From the NCBI GenBank assembly GCA_964623495.1, contig CAZUTV010000001.1, positions 116,454 through 180,453 of the forward strand: a DNA stretch of 64,000 nucleotides, read 5' to 3'. Positions within the stretch are counted from its first letter, which is position 1. Every line of letters starts with the position of its first letter. The notes beneath the pieces were generated by a model. The model did not search any database. It was given only the letters and a program-made list of their open reading frames with translations, and had not been told where the DNA came from. This stretch comes from Candidatus Woesearchaeota archaeon. Its GTDB lineage: Archaea; Nanobdellota; Nanobdellia; Pacearchaeales; GW2011-AR1. Shown here one piece after another: positions 56,901 to 64,000 of the stretch. Made by a program: the position numbers and the translations under genes.

Positions 56901-59264
56901 ATTAATATAATGAAAAAGTGTGGAGGAGCTGCCACTTATTACTGCTGTAAGAACTCTTTCTGTCCCAGAAGTTCCACAGGCATCGTTTAAACAGCTTGTG
57001 TTTCTGCTACTTCCCCATGAACCAGCCGTAAAATTATAAACATAAAAATAAAGGTCGTTTGCTGAAGCAATTTCATTTACTATCTCGTTATATCCTTCCC
57101 AAGTATAAGTTAAATTGTTTATTGTTGACGTAGATTCACTAATTTTAAACCTCACCATAATAACATTATACTGATTAATTCCACTAACCATAGAAATAGA
57201 ATTCCAAGTATTATCGCTTCTGCTAATCTCATCTTCGTTAGTAGAATTCATTGTTGTAGGTCCACTACTCCATCCACTTAAAACAGGAGAAACCGGGTTT
57301 TGAGAATCCAATCCAAAATAACCTATCTGATCTGTTTGATTAGGGTAATAAGTGGCAACAGTTGCAGGATCAATAATATGATCAAACTCCAGGCTTCCAT
57401 CCAAAACTCTAAGATCAAAGGTATCCTGCTCGCCCTGCAAACCATCCAAATAAACAGTATTGTACTCCTCCGAGTTTAAGCTTGTAAACTCAGCAATTAA
57501 AATGCTTTGATTAACTTCATAAACCTCAATTCTCGGGGTTCCATTAACAACTCTCGGATATAAGGTTATATCTCTACTAGAATCAAGTTTATGCTCAAAA
57601 GTGGCTCTTACATAATGTCCTCCAGGAATTGTCTCGCTCCAAATACCATCCAAGTCCTTAACTTGTTCATAGATATCGCTAAGAACAGTATAGTTTTCAT
57701 CTAAATGCTCTGCTTTGGTTATTAAAATAATTCTAAATGTCTGGTTGCTTAGACTAGGAACTATCCATTCAACATAATCGTAAATTCCATTTCCATTCTT
57801 GTCTTCAACCTTTAAGGGAGTAAGATATTTAGATTGCTCTTCCCAATAAATTTTAACTTTGCTAGGATAATTAATCTTAAGATCCTCATTTAGATTTGTA
57901 AAAGCAAGAACATTTTCATAATGAATATCACCAGGCCCAATAATCTTAACCACTTTTCCATCATCAATCTCTTGTTCTTCAGAATAAGGCGCATCAGTAT
58001 AATACCCTATAGCTATTTCAGAATTATCTTCAAGTAATTCCTTGATCTCTACTTTAACCTCATCTCCTACTTCAGAGACATCAACAGCTCTGCCAGTAAT
58101 TCCTCTGCCAAAAAATCCTAAAATAAAGTTAAAAATTCCTTTAAAGAAACCACCGCCCCCGGTTTCAGAAGTTACACTACCTGTAATACCATGGCTTTCT
58201 TCTGCAATTGTCTTCTCATTTTTAACATTAACATCAAGTTCTTCTTCTTTCTCATCTTTTATTTTCTTAACAGAAACATTTCCTGCAAGATTTGGCAAGT
58301 CAACAACCAATCCTTCTGCGGAATTAGCCCCATCAATATCAACTTTAATTCTTTTCTCCCACTTAACAGGCTTACCAAGCACAGCACTATATTGAACAAC
58401 GTTTTCCTGAGTCGTAATATTAACAGTTTCATTTAAAATTGTGGTATTTGTAACATTTTGAACTATTATAAAGTTTGTTTCATTTAAAATCTCAGTTATA
58501 TTGGCAATTGTTCCATTAGTAATTACTGTTTGGTTTGTGGCATTTGTGATAGTTCCTGTCCCTTCACTAGATTCATTTGAAGGAATTTGGGGAGTTTCGA
58601 TTGTTTCATTTTCAGTTACATTTTGTTCTGGCCCAATAATTGTTTCATTAGTAGAAGGTTCTTCTGTTTCATTAGTTGCTGGTTCTTCCTGAGTTTCATT
58701 ACCTATCTCATCAGGAGTTTCTTCAGAAACTGCTTCTGTTATTTCTTCTGCCGGGGTTTCTTCAGTTGTGGTTTCTTCTGGAGTTTCAGTAGAGGTAGAT
58801 TCACTAAAAGAAGAATCACCGCCCCCAGAATCAGAACTAGAAGATTCACTTGAGCTTTCTGAGCCTGATTCACTCGGAGCTTCTTCTGAGGTCAGACCTG
58901 TAAAAAAAGACTTAACATTACTCGCAAGATTCTTAAAGCTAAAACCAGATGCTCCTTGTTCTGATTGAGAAAACTGATTACCCAGAATAAATATAGCTAT
59001 TAGAATAAAGAATATGGCTCCAAGCAAAATAAAAAGTGTTTTGTGTTGTTTAAAAGTAGGGGGTATTTTTGGGAACCTTTTTCTAAAAGGTTCATTGGAA
59101 ACCTTTTCTAAAGGTTTATTTTTAAAAGGTTCAGTTACAGCACGAGTTTCTTTGTTCTCAGAAACATATCTAGAATGGGTCTTTCCTTGCTTGTCCCTAT
59201 AAGTGTGATAATAATACGGCCCAAACCTCTTACCATTACGATAAATATAACGTTTGTATACCAA
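50931..59264 (-). CDS. 2777-aa giant surface adhesin (three LamG-like domains, beta-helix region, C-terminal subunit-like domain)
   Basis: Three DYSG/DFSG..NG...GTIDD/LDN..IYNRTL modules; many NxS/T sequons; TM near residue 80-95; TTG start with GAGG SD. Confidence 0.88.
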   Translation of the reverse strand: MVYKRYIYRNGKRFGPYYYHTYRDKQGKTHSRYVSENKETRAVTEPFKNKPLEKVSNEPFRKRFPKIPPTFKQHKTLFILLGAIFFILIAIFILGNQFSQSEQGASGFSFKNLASNVKSFFTGLTSEEAPSESGSESSSESSSSDSGGGDSSFSESTSTETPEETTTEETPAEEITEAVSEETPDEIGNETQEEPATNETEEPSTNETIIGPEQNVTENETIETPQIPSNESSEGTGTITNATNQTVITNGTIANITEILNETNFIIVQNVTNTTILNETVNITTQENVVQYSAVLGKPVKWEKRIKVDIDGANSAEGLVVDLPNLAGNVSVKKIKDEKEEELDVNVKNEKTIAEESHGITGSVTSETGGGGFFKGIFNFILGFFGRGITGRAVDVSEVGDEVKVEIKELLEDNSEIAIGYYTDAPYSEEQEIDDGKVVKIIGPGDIHYENVLAFTNLNEDLKINYPSKVKIYWEEQSKYLTPLKVEDKNGNGIYDYVEWIVPSLSNQTFRIILITKAEHLDENYTVLSDIYEQVKDLDGIWSETIPGGHYVRATFEHKLDSSRDITLYPRVVNGTPRIEVYEVNQSILIAEFTSLNSEEYNTVYLDGLQGEQDTFDLRVLDGSLEFDHIIDPATVATYYPNQTDQIGYFGLDSQNPVSPVLSGWSSGPTTMNSTNEDEISRSDNTWNSISMVSGINQYNVIMVRFKISESTSTINNLTYTWEGYNEIVNEIASANDLYFYVYNFTAGSWGSSRNTSCLNDACGTSGTERVLTAVISGSSSTLFHYINSSGHTLMLVQELDSFVECPTIYSWNGSEYLLDSVGIPKLNSSEKERLILSEVPNLEIKDGKAKLQLREVLNETSHLDEIFLLVNDNFSSLNITRKIYPSIVELNGEKIELGEIRFSDNNYLLTNHNDTLDLYFENIPGELPLFQRKTSLGVEGYFTLHQENPFHNTLWTDLIKLDVNYNATDNAPQWSLNSTNSTVRGASVQHSVAWSDDTALSGYIFSFDNGNGTLINDSWVSMNGVANWSNVTKTINSTYNILIQWKVFANDSVNQWNSTDTFSYLTTDNAPTHNTPSLSPYPIYLWQNLTCANQSTVDADGDSVTNIYNWLIDGTSITALYLPFDTNSSSAAKDYSGNGFNATINGTPLWTSGKIGGGYHFNESTNDFLVVPNTSLVLGNNFTINFWFNMGRFPQAPFIDAGFFSKGNYSLGVSLNWNAFDGLILPTRINNSYLLMATYPDPGNWYMYSLACDNRNCTLYINGSRENQSLGAPSNLADYNLTIGLGRDSSGAFSPFNGTIDDFRVYNRTLTSQQVYQLFQDTRNGLTNNATLVYQEMINPQNITCQVTPNDAILDGATSINSSVYTDSAPNVNLVSPVSGSSYIAINSLSLQCNVTDDILIKNISLYINTTGTWHLNQTKYSELPNSGIYDSYNNINMTGNTLLYHFNNDAGYGENLSIVYDFSGSGNNGTPVGFDGDEFIEAYAGNGIGISTDDYVNTSNIFTATATGTISTWVNFKNRVDTTTDYAILGNYNGGAFSSGEFLVYLNNDQDLEFLSATGSAQTNYSSYVNSWHHVALTWASNDVVLYIDGSSKATDSSFSDSIFGFSGQYVLIGRDRDAAASPNPNRDFNGTIDDVAFFNRTLNSTEIFNIYNLTRNYYANFSLSGLSDGSYLWNCLAYDNSSKSSFASSNWTFSADMCSITQVSSSTTLTGSQCEHYNISADNVVFDCNSYRIFGNNSYGIWGVNVAARNNVTIKNCRMEQYAKVIHFDGTNNSFIQNNTLYNNSWINTTYVTVYGIALDNSHNTTLNLNNITKLWSNSTDTSTCYSGNLSAIYINNSNNVLVNSSILNDIVGNYYGDTSAAGGCQGGFVQLGNGIILPLGTYSDSVDILNSNISNLAGGYAIRFENTTNSFVNNSRLSYAQSLIAIVAGGNITVYNNQLNYSTDNATFTGAFNMDDRIIFDHNQLHHGVKGMDISGDIPNGINITYNTLSNFSSSYILIGSNNSVIEHNILRDPPVSSNYSGINIDSVSNILTNNDTITGLVGTNVNSVQVSSSSINLSGLNITNCQTAFYLLSVVDNVSIFNSSITNCSSTDITLGAGAVTNIELYNVSFNKSKIDFLSTGFVEVYYQFTGNTTDQVYTAVSSVNFNLTDTYGALLINNNQTDANGLTTTQWIMEYNQTGDATYVTGCTGSSSTINCSTPHNFSAAKSGYGSNFTGVTMNASKMVHLILYTPVILAYVPTTDTFSIAEPSNQTFSITYSNVTPVNIKWFVDSSRQTPYDNQSTFIWVGNYTQAGTYSIKVNISAGNLEDDQIWSMTVNDTNTEPMHNTPSLSPFPGVSSQNLSCYNQSTSDNESDTVTNVYNWLVNSNSMLLLNMPFDVNVSGSVGVRDYSGNANNGSLTGTTWKSSGKVGGALDFDGVDDSVNIASSSSLNSTHNGLTVAFWANPKTPNAGSNYFVYKSNDISTRAEYTIGLSGSRIRVVIFNETGTSSQLLLSNTTIANDSFTFISFTYNGTKVSVYLNGTLDNSTDTSTVLRKYNNPIILGMNPNDLCLSNCYTNMTLDNLQIYNRTLTSQQVYQIYQDTKNGFSNASTIVNGEFAIDQNLTCQVTPNDAKLDGATKQNSTVIANAYSVAMDLSSRLGQMINWSLSSLPAYNQSADGNNGTGITEYWVNITSYGGTSDLYMKAESDLRTAGGDVLGIGNETYSNSTSNSSVPDSIKIPLTTDFSNHLIASNIGNATIYLKFFLNAPARQAAGNYNNSLSFRAVQNGESP
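59066..59133 (-). repeat. tandem palindromic repeat units in frame in the giant gene
   Basis: GAACCTTTT-TCT-AAAAGGTTC and AAACCTTT-TCT-AAAGGTTT, encoding EPFKNKPLEKVSNEPFRKRFPK. Confidence 0.85.
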
Positions 59265-59280
59265 CCTCTTTTACCTCTTT

Positions 59281-59333
59281 TGGAAACCTTTCCTAAAGGT
59301 TTATTTTTGGGAACCTTTTCCTAAAAGGTTCAT
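59281..59333 (-). repeat. the same two palindromic units, in swapped order, in the giant gene 5' leader
   Basis: AAACCTTT-CCT-AAAGGTTT then GAACCTTTT-CCT-AAAAGGTTC on the + strand. Confidence 0.85.
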
Positions 59334-59404
59334 GTGCTGTAACTATTTAAAGATTGTTGTGAGGCAAGAAAAAGATATAAAAACAAGTAATCTACATTAA
59401 AATT

Positions 59405-60001
59405 ATGATAATAAGACATGTAAGAGCAAGTGATATAGAACAAATGTTTGATTGTTTTAGAGAAGCAGCTATAAGAACCGCAGATTTAACAAACCCAAGA
59501 GCCCAAAAAAGTGGATTTTTTGAATATCCCTTAACTTTTAAACAATTTAGGGCAAGAGCAGAATCTCCCTTAACTCTTGTAGGAGTAAGGAATGGAAGAA
59601 TTATTACCTACGCAATCTCCTATTCATTAAAAGAAGCAAAAGCCCTACAACAAAGAGGGATGTCTGATCCAGTCTTAGATAGTCTCTCTGATTTAGACAA
59701 TTCCGTAATATATCACGATCAATTATATCTACAGCCAGGATTACCTATATATGTTGGAGCAAGAATGCTTCACACCGCAACCACACAAGCTCAAAACGAA
59801 GACTCGCCGGGAGTGATTGGAGCAACACCACAAAAACCCTGGAAAAATGTTAGTGCTACTAGATTATTAGCCTATCACGGATTTAAAAGAATAGGTCTTG
59901 TAGAAGAGGGTCTTGTAAGTCTAGGATTATTTGTAAAACCTTTCTGGCATTTAGACACTCCCTTTAAATCTTGGGGAGACCATCTTGTAACTAAAAATTA
60001 A
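59405..60001 (+). CDS. GNAT-like acetyltransferase
   Basis: MIIRHVRASDI start, LVG..NGRII.Y, N..A..L...HGFKR. Confidence 0.55.
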   Translation: MIIRHVRASDIEQMFDCFREAAIRTADLTNPRAQKSGFFEYPLTFKQFRARAESPLTLVGVRNGRIITYAISYSLKEAKALQQRGMSDPVLDSLSDLDNSVIYHDQLYLQPGLPIYVGARMLHTATTQAQNEDSPGVIGATPQKPWKNVSATRLLAYHGFKRIGLVEEGLVSLGLFVKPFWHLDTPFKSWGDHLVTKN

Positions 60002-61192
60002 CTATCTCGTCACAATTTCCAAAGCATCACGATTCTTTAAAGCATAATCCTTGCCTAAAGCTTTCTTGCTTCTTGCATCAATTGCTTTTATGAAGTTATT
60101 TCCAAAATCGGTATGGAGGAAAAAGGCAAAATCCAAGGCAGTTGAACCGGGAGGCAACAAAAAACAATCCGGAAGTATTCTTCCTTTTGAATCAGCTAGC
60201 TTACTTGCACCTGCAGGAAATATTGCTAAATACCCCAAAAGCCCAAAAACCGCATAGTTAAGTATTTCTTGAACCCCTGTATTCCCATAACTATCCAAGA
60301 CACCATCTTTAATCTTGTCTAAAGCAGCTTTCTGCTTTTCATTTAGCTCTTTAACAATTCTGAAATCTATGTCTCCCGGAATATACTCAATCAAACCATG
60401 CTTAGCAGCCTCTCTTAAAGCCAGCTCTGAATCAGCGCTGCACGGAATAATAACCAGGTCAGGAAAGGTCTTTTTCAGCTTTTCAAAATTATCCTGGCCT
60501 TTTTCAGCATCTATCTTATTGGCTGCAATAATCATTGGTTTGCTCTCTTTTCTAAGTAAAGAAGCAAATCTAAGTACTTGGTCTTCTGTCCATCTGCTTA
60601 AATGTTCGGTGTTTTCTAGCTTCCTGAATACTGCCTTAGCATGCTCTTCACTTACTCCAAGCCCCGAAAACTGCTTTGCAATAGCTCTAGCATAATTAAC
60701 ATCCTTGCCTGTATCAAGCTGCCTTGAAAAAGTCTTCCAAACCTTGGCAAGTATGTTAAAATACCACCTATCTAATTCAAGCTCAAGAAACCTGACATCA
60801 TTGCAGACATCATACTCCTTGCCTGCAAGCTCTTTTCCTTCAGCATCGGTTGTTCCACTTAAGTCAACAATATGAATAAAAGCATTGGCCTGCCTTAAAT
60901 CATCTAAAAACTGATTTCCTAAGCCTTTTCCCTCTGAAGCTCCAGGAACTAGACCAGCAACATCCATTAAATCTATTGGAACAAACCTCTGCCCTTGAAT
61001 GCAAAATCCGTGATTAGGCATACACTTGACCTTAAATTCATTTTCAATGCACTCTACCTTTACATAACCAACCCCGTGATTTGGTTTTATAGTTGTAAAT
61101 GGATAGCTAGCGATTTCAACTTCTGCAAGCGTTGCTGCCTTGAAGAAAGTGCTTTTACCTACACTTGGCTTACCCACAAGTCCAATTAACAT
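60002..61192 (-). CDS. ychF: archaeal Obg-family YchF-like GTPase/ATPase with TGS domain
   Basis: GKPSVGKST, YPFTTI.PN, DVAGL, NKID, HTD..F..AID. Confidence 0.9.
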   Translation of the reverse strand: MLIGLVGKPSVGKSTFFKAATLAEVEIASYPFTTIKPNHGVGYVKVECIENEFKVKCMPNHGFCIQGQRFVPIDLMDVAGLVPGASEGKGLGNQFLDDLRQANAFIHIVDLSGTTDAEGKELAGKEYDVCNDVRFLELELDRWYFNILAKVWKTFSRQLDTGKDVNYARAIAKQFSGLGVSEEHAKAVFRKLENTEHLSRWTEDQVLRFASLLRKESKPMIIAANKIDAEKGQDNFEKLKKTFPDLVIIPCSADSELALREAAKHGLIEYIPGDIDFRIVKELNEKQKAALDKIKDGVLDSYGNTGVQEILNYAVFGLLGYLAIFPAGASKLADSKGRILPDCFLLPPGSTALDFAFFLHTDFGNNFIKAIDARSKKALGKDYALKNRDALEIVTR

Positions 61193-61297
61193 AGATTATA
61201 TGAGAAATAATTGTTTAAATGAGTTTCTATAATCAATAAGGTTTTTATATCCCTTTAGCATTTAAAAATAATAATAAAGAGGAAAATAAATTGTGTA

Positions 61298-61357
61298 GAT
61301 TTTCATCGGAGGCAATTAAAGAAAATCGCTTGAGGGATCAAAAACCGTAGGTTTTTA
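61298..61357 (+). repeat. structured non-coding element, copy 3
   Basis: GATTTTC/GAAAATC stem, TCGGAGGCA loop, TTGA-GGGA-TCAA, AAAAACC-GTA-GGTTTTT just before ATG 61360. Confidence 0.75.
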
Positions 61358-61359
61358 AT

Positions 61360-61893
61360 ATGTCATTCATAGCAAATCTTGGGTACATACTTCTTGGATG
61401 CGTGATTATAGTAGCAATTTTCCTGGCAATACTCTGGATCCTGGAAAAGAAGCTTAAAATACGCCTTTTGTTTGGCTTCAAAACAAGAAACCAGGTCTTT
61501 ATTGAAAAGCTGTCAAAAACAGATGTCAGCAAACCCCAAGAAGCAATAAAGCAAATTGACAAAGTAGCAAAAGCATTTTTTGTTGAAGCTTTCCATGTCC
61601 AGAGCAGTACAGACTATTCAGAGTTAAAAGAATTTTTTTCAAAGAAAAACAACAAAAAAGCATCTGAGTTCTGTAACATAATGACCCAATTCTTATACTC
61701 GGGAATAAGGGAAAATCTGACAAAAAAAGACGTCCAGAGAATGATAACCTCCCTGGCAGAGATAATAAGCAGCAACAAGATTCTGACAAAAGAGGAAAAA
61801 GAAGAATTAGACAAAAAGGCCAGAGAAAACCAAAAACTCAAGCAAAAGCCAAAAGGCCTAAGATCTAAGCTGCCTTTTTTCAGGAAGAAATAA
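61360..61893 (+). CDS. membrane-anchored hypothetical protein
   Basis: N-terminal TM, basic helical remainder. Confidence 0.7.
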   Translation: MSFIANLGYILLGCVIIVAIFLAILWILEKKLKIRLLFGFKTRNQVFIEKLSKTDVSKPQEAIKQIDKVAKAFFVEAFHVQSSTDYSELKEFFSKKNNKKASEFCNIMTQFLYSGIRENLTKKDVQRMITSLAEIISSNKILTKEEKEELDKKARENQKLKQKPKGLRSKLPFFRKK

Positions 61894-61895
61894 TC

Positions 61896-62816
61896 CTAAG
61901 GCAGATTCATATATTTGGTATTGCTCAAGAAAAATTCCAACACAACAAGAATAATTGCCAGCAATAGGAGATAATCTACAGTTTCAATAGTGACTTTTCT
62001 CCGGGTAACCTTAAAAATCTGTGAAAAAGAATTTGTTAGGTTCTGCTTATTTGCGGCGCTAAAATAAACTCCGCCAGTAGAATAGGCCAGGCTCTTTAAA
62101 GAGTCTTCGTCAAGCTTCGAAATAGCAAACTCTGTCTGCCCCCCTTCAGGCGTTCCTATTCCAATAGTGTTAATAACAACATTATTTGCATTGGCGTATT
62201 CAACAGCATCGTCAACATTTCCGACATTCACCTGCCCGTCACTTAATAAAACAATGGCTTTTTGATTCTCATTTTTAAGAAGATTGGTGGAGGTAAGAAC
62301 AGCCTCGTATAAATCTGTACCCCCTATTCCGCTTATGATTATACTATCTATTGCTCTTTTCAGCTCGTCTTTCTTCTCTGTCATGTCTTTATCTATTCTA
62401 GAGCTGGAAGAAAAAGACACAACTCCAAACCTTATGTCTATAGGAGAAGATTCAATAAAACTTGTTGCAGTTTCCTTTGCTGCACTAAGTCTATCAGGAA
62501 TTAAATCTTTTGCAGTCATGCTTTGGGATACATCTATTGCAATAACAAAAGAAAAAGTGCTTGATTCTTGGGTAGTATGGACATTAAATCCTGAAACAGC
62601 AAATACCAAACATAAAACTATCACGATGTTTAAAATTAAAATCACCACATTCTTCGAGAAAAAATCAATTCCCTGTATTCTTGAAATTGCCTCAAAATTT
62701 GCAAATCTAAGGGCGGTTTTTTTCCGGCTCCCCAAAGCTAAAAAATGAATAAAAAACAATAAAGGAATAAAAAAAAGCAGAAATAAATACTGGGGATGTG
62801 AAAAAGAAAAGATCAT
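61896..62816 (-). CDS. BatA-like von Willebrand factor A membrane protein
   Basis: F..P.YL.LL N-terminus, MIDAS DVSQSM, GGT, LLSDG. Confidence 0.88.
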   Translation of the reverse strand: MIFSFSHPQYLFLLFFIPLLFFIHFLALGSRKKTALRFANFEAISRIQGIDFFSKNVVILILNIVIVLCLVFAVSGFNVHTTQESSTFSFVIAIDVSQSMTAKDLIPDRLSAAKETATSFIESSPIDIRFGVVSFSSSSRIDKDMTEKKDELKRAIDSIIISGIGGTDLYEAVLTSTNLLKNENQKAIVLLSDGQVNVGNVDDAVEYANANNVVINTIGIGTPEGGQTEFAISKLDEDSLKSLAYSTGGVYFSAANKQNLTNSFSQIFKVTRRKVTIETVDYLLLLAIILVVLEFFLSNTKYMNLP

Positions 62817-63715
62817 TAAAACCTCCTCTCCAGTCTTTCTTTAAGGAAAATTGCAAGCGGGACAGCAAAACCCTTATCAGTAACTAAATCGACATAGTCT
62901 GCCATTGTTTTTTTGAATATTCCTTCAACAATTCTTGCTTGTTCTTTAGCATAAGCCTCATAAGCTTTTCTGGCAACTTTTGGGTTGACTACCACTTGTT
63001 CGTGGGTTAATGGATTTTCAATCGTAACCTCTCCTTCAATGTCCGGCAGAGTTATATCTAAAGGATCTCTAACTCTAACAAGAATTGTTTCAAATTTCTG
63101 AGAGAGTAAACTTAGTTTTTTCTCTGTTTCTGAGTCAACTTTTAAAAAATCTGAGACCCAAATAACAGAATTTATAGACTTGTCTAAATACGTGACTGCA
63201 AAATCCAGTGCTTTATCGATGTTGCTTGCTCCGCCATATGTATCTGCCCTTGAGAGAAGATCAATAAAAAATTGAAAGTGCTTTTCCCCAAGTCTTGGAC
63301 CTATAAAGTGCCTAACTTCGTCTCCATACAAAATAAAGCCAATCCGGTCATTATTATCCATGATAATCTTTGAAAAGGCAGCAACAAGTTCTGTAATAAA
63401 TTCGCACTTTAATCTTTCAGTAGACCCGAAAACCATATTGCTTCCAACATCGACAACAAAAATCATCTTCAAATCCCTTTCTTCTTTATACTGTTTAACA
63501 AGGAGCTTCTGGCTTCTAGAACTTGCCTTCCAGTCAATATCAGAAGCATCATCATCAGGATTAAAATCCCTGTAAGCCTCAAATTCAAGCCCCTTGCCCC
63601 TAAAAAGAATCTTATAGATGTCTTTTCTAAGCCTAAATTCTTTCATAACTTCCTGAAACTCACTTATTGCGCTTGCAATATCAACGTTAAGTCTTCCTTC
63701 GTTTTTTTGTGGCAT
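62816..63715 (-). CDS. DUF58 family protein (MoxR-associated)
   Basis: GKGLEF..YRDF...DD...IDWKAS.R...VKQY.EER. Confidence 0.9.
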   Translation of the reverse strand: MPQKNEGRLNVDIASAISEFQEVMKEFRLRKDIYKILFRGKGLEFEAYRDFNPDDDASDIDWKASSRSQKLLVKQYKEERDLKMIFVVDVGSNMVFGSTERLKCEFITELVAAFSKIIMDNNDRIGFILYGDEVRHFIGPRLGEKHFQFFIDLLSRADTYGGASNIDKALDFAVTYLDKSINSVIWVSDFLKVDSETEKKLSLLSQKFETILVRVRDPLDITLPDIEGEVTIENPLTHEQVVVNPKVARKAYEAYAKEQARIVEGIFKKTMADYVDLVTDKGFAVPLAIFLKERLERRF

Positions 63716-63716
63716 G

Positions 63717-64000
63717 TTAGTTTTTATTTATGGCAATGCATTTATTATTTATGCAGGATAGGTTGCCAATAGTTGGACAGGCAGTGGCACACCCCTTATA
63801 ATTGCAATCTCCTCTTGAATAATCAACCTCTTCATTATAAATTTCATAATCCCCATCAAGTTTGATCACTTTTATGTTCATAGGCATTGGACAACTGCAA
63901 CAGGCAATAATATTAATAGCATAAACGCATTCAAAGTCATACTCGCAATAATCTACCTCCACAAGCTCCTCTCTCCGGATTATAAAGTTGTCCCAGAAAA
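63717..64000 (-). CDS. Cys-rich protein C-terminus, truncated by window edge
   Basis: Frame is open to the window end; C..D.EC....CC.CP...C..CP...C.N.KC. Confidence 0.6.
   Translation of the reverse strand, partial: FWDNFIIRREELVEVDYCEYDFECVYAINIIACCSCPMPMNIKVIKLDGDYEIYNEEVDYSRGDCNYKGCATACPTIGNLSCINNKCIAINKN

Overview
AT-rich, densely coding archaeal chromosome segment. It has TATA/BRE promoters, archaeal translation genes (aIF5B, aIF2-gamma, S6e, S10, S28e, L24e, L7Ae, Kae1), bacterial-type gyrase and many Cys-rich or Ig-like surface proteins. This fits a reduced-genome DPANN archaeon (Pacearchaeota/Woesearchaeota-like; inference only). Housekeeping genes are interspersed with small accessory genes. 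The most notable candidates are: (1) a compact RiPP-like operon at 16.3-18.5 kb with a radical SAM/SPASM enzyme, a 72-aa Cys-clustered precursor and a TraB/Tiki-like putative protease, preceded by a promoter-bearing ~70-nt rod-shaped ncRNA; (2) a structured non-coding element in three copies (22.06, 50.83, 61.30 kb) with compensatory base changes; (3) a putative fimbria/adhesin locus at 47.4-59.3 kb, where a 2777-aa LamG adhesin ends in a paralog of the downstream small subunit; (4) a palindromic repeat family that sits in 5' UTRs and in-frame in proteins, plus several direct-repeat-flanked hairpin micro-insertions; (5) an orphan HicA paired with an RsbW-like GHKL protein. A K-turn precedes rpl7ae. 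No CRISPR array, rRNA or transposase was seen. All family assignments come from motif recognition by eye, not database searches.
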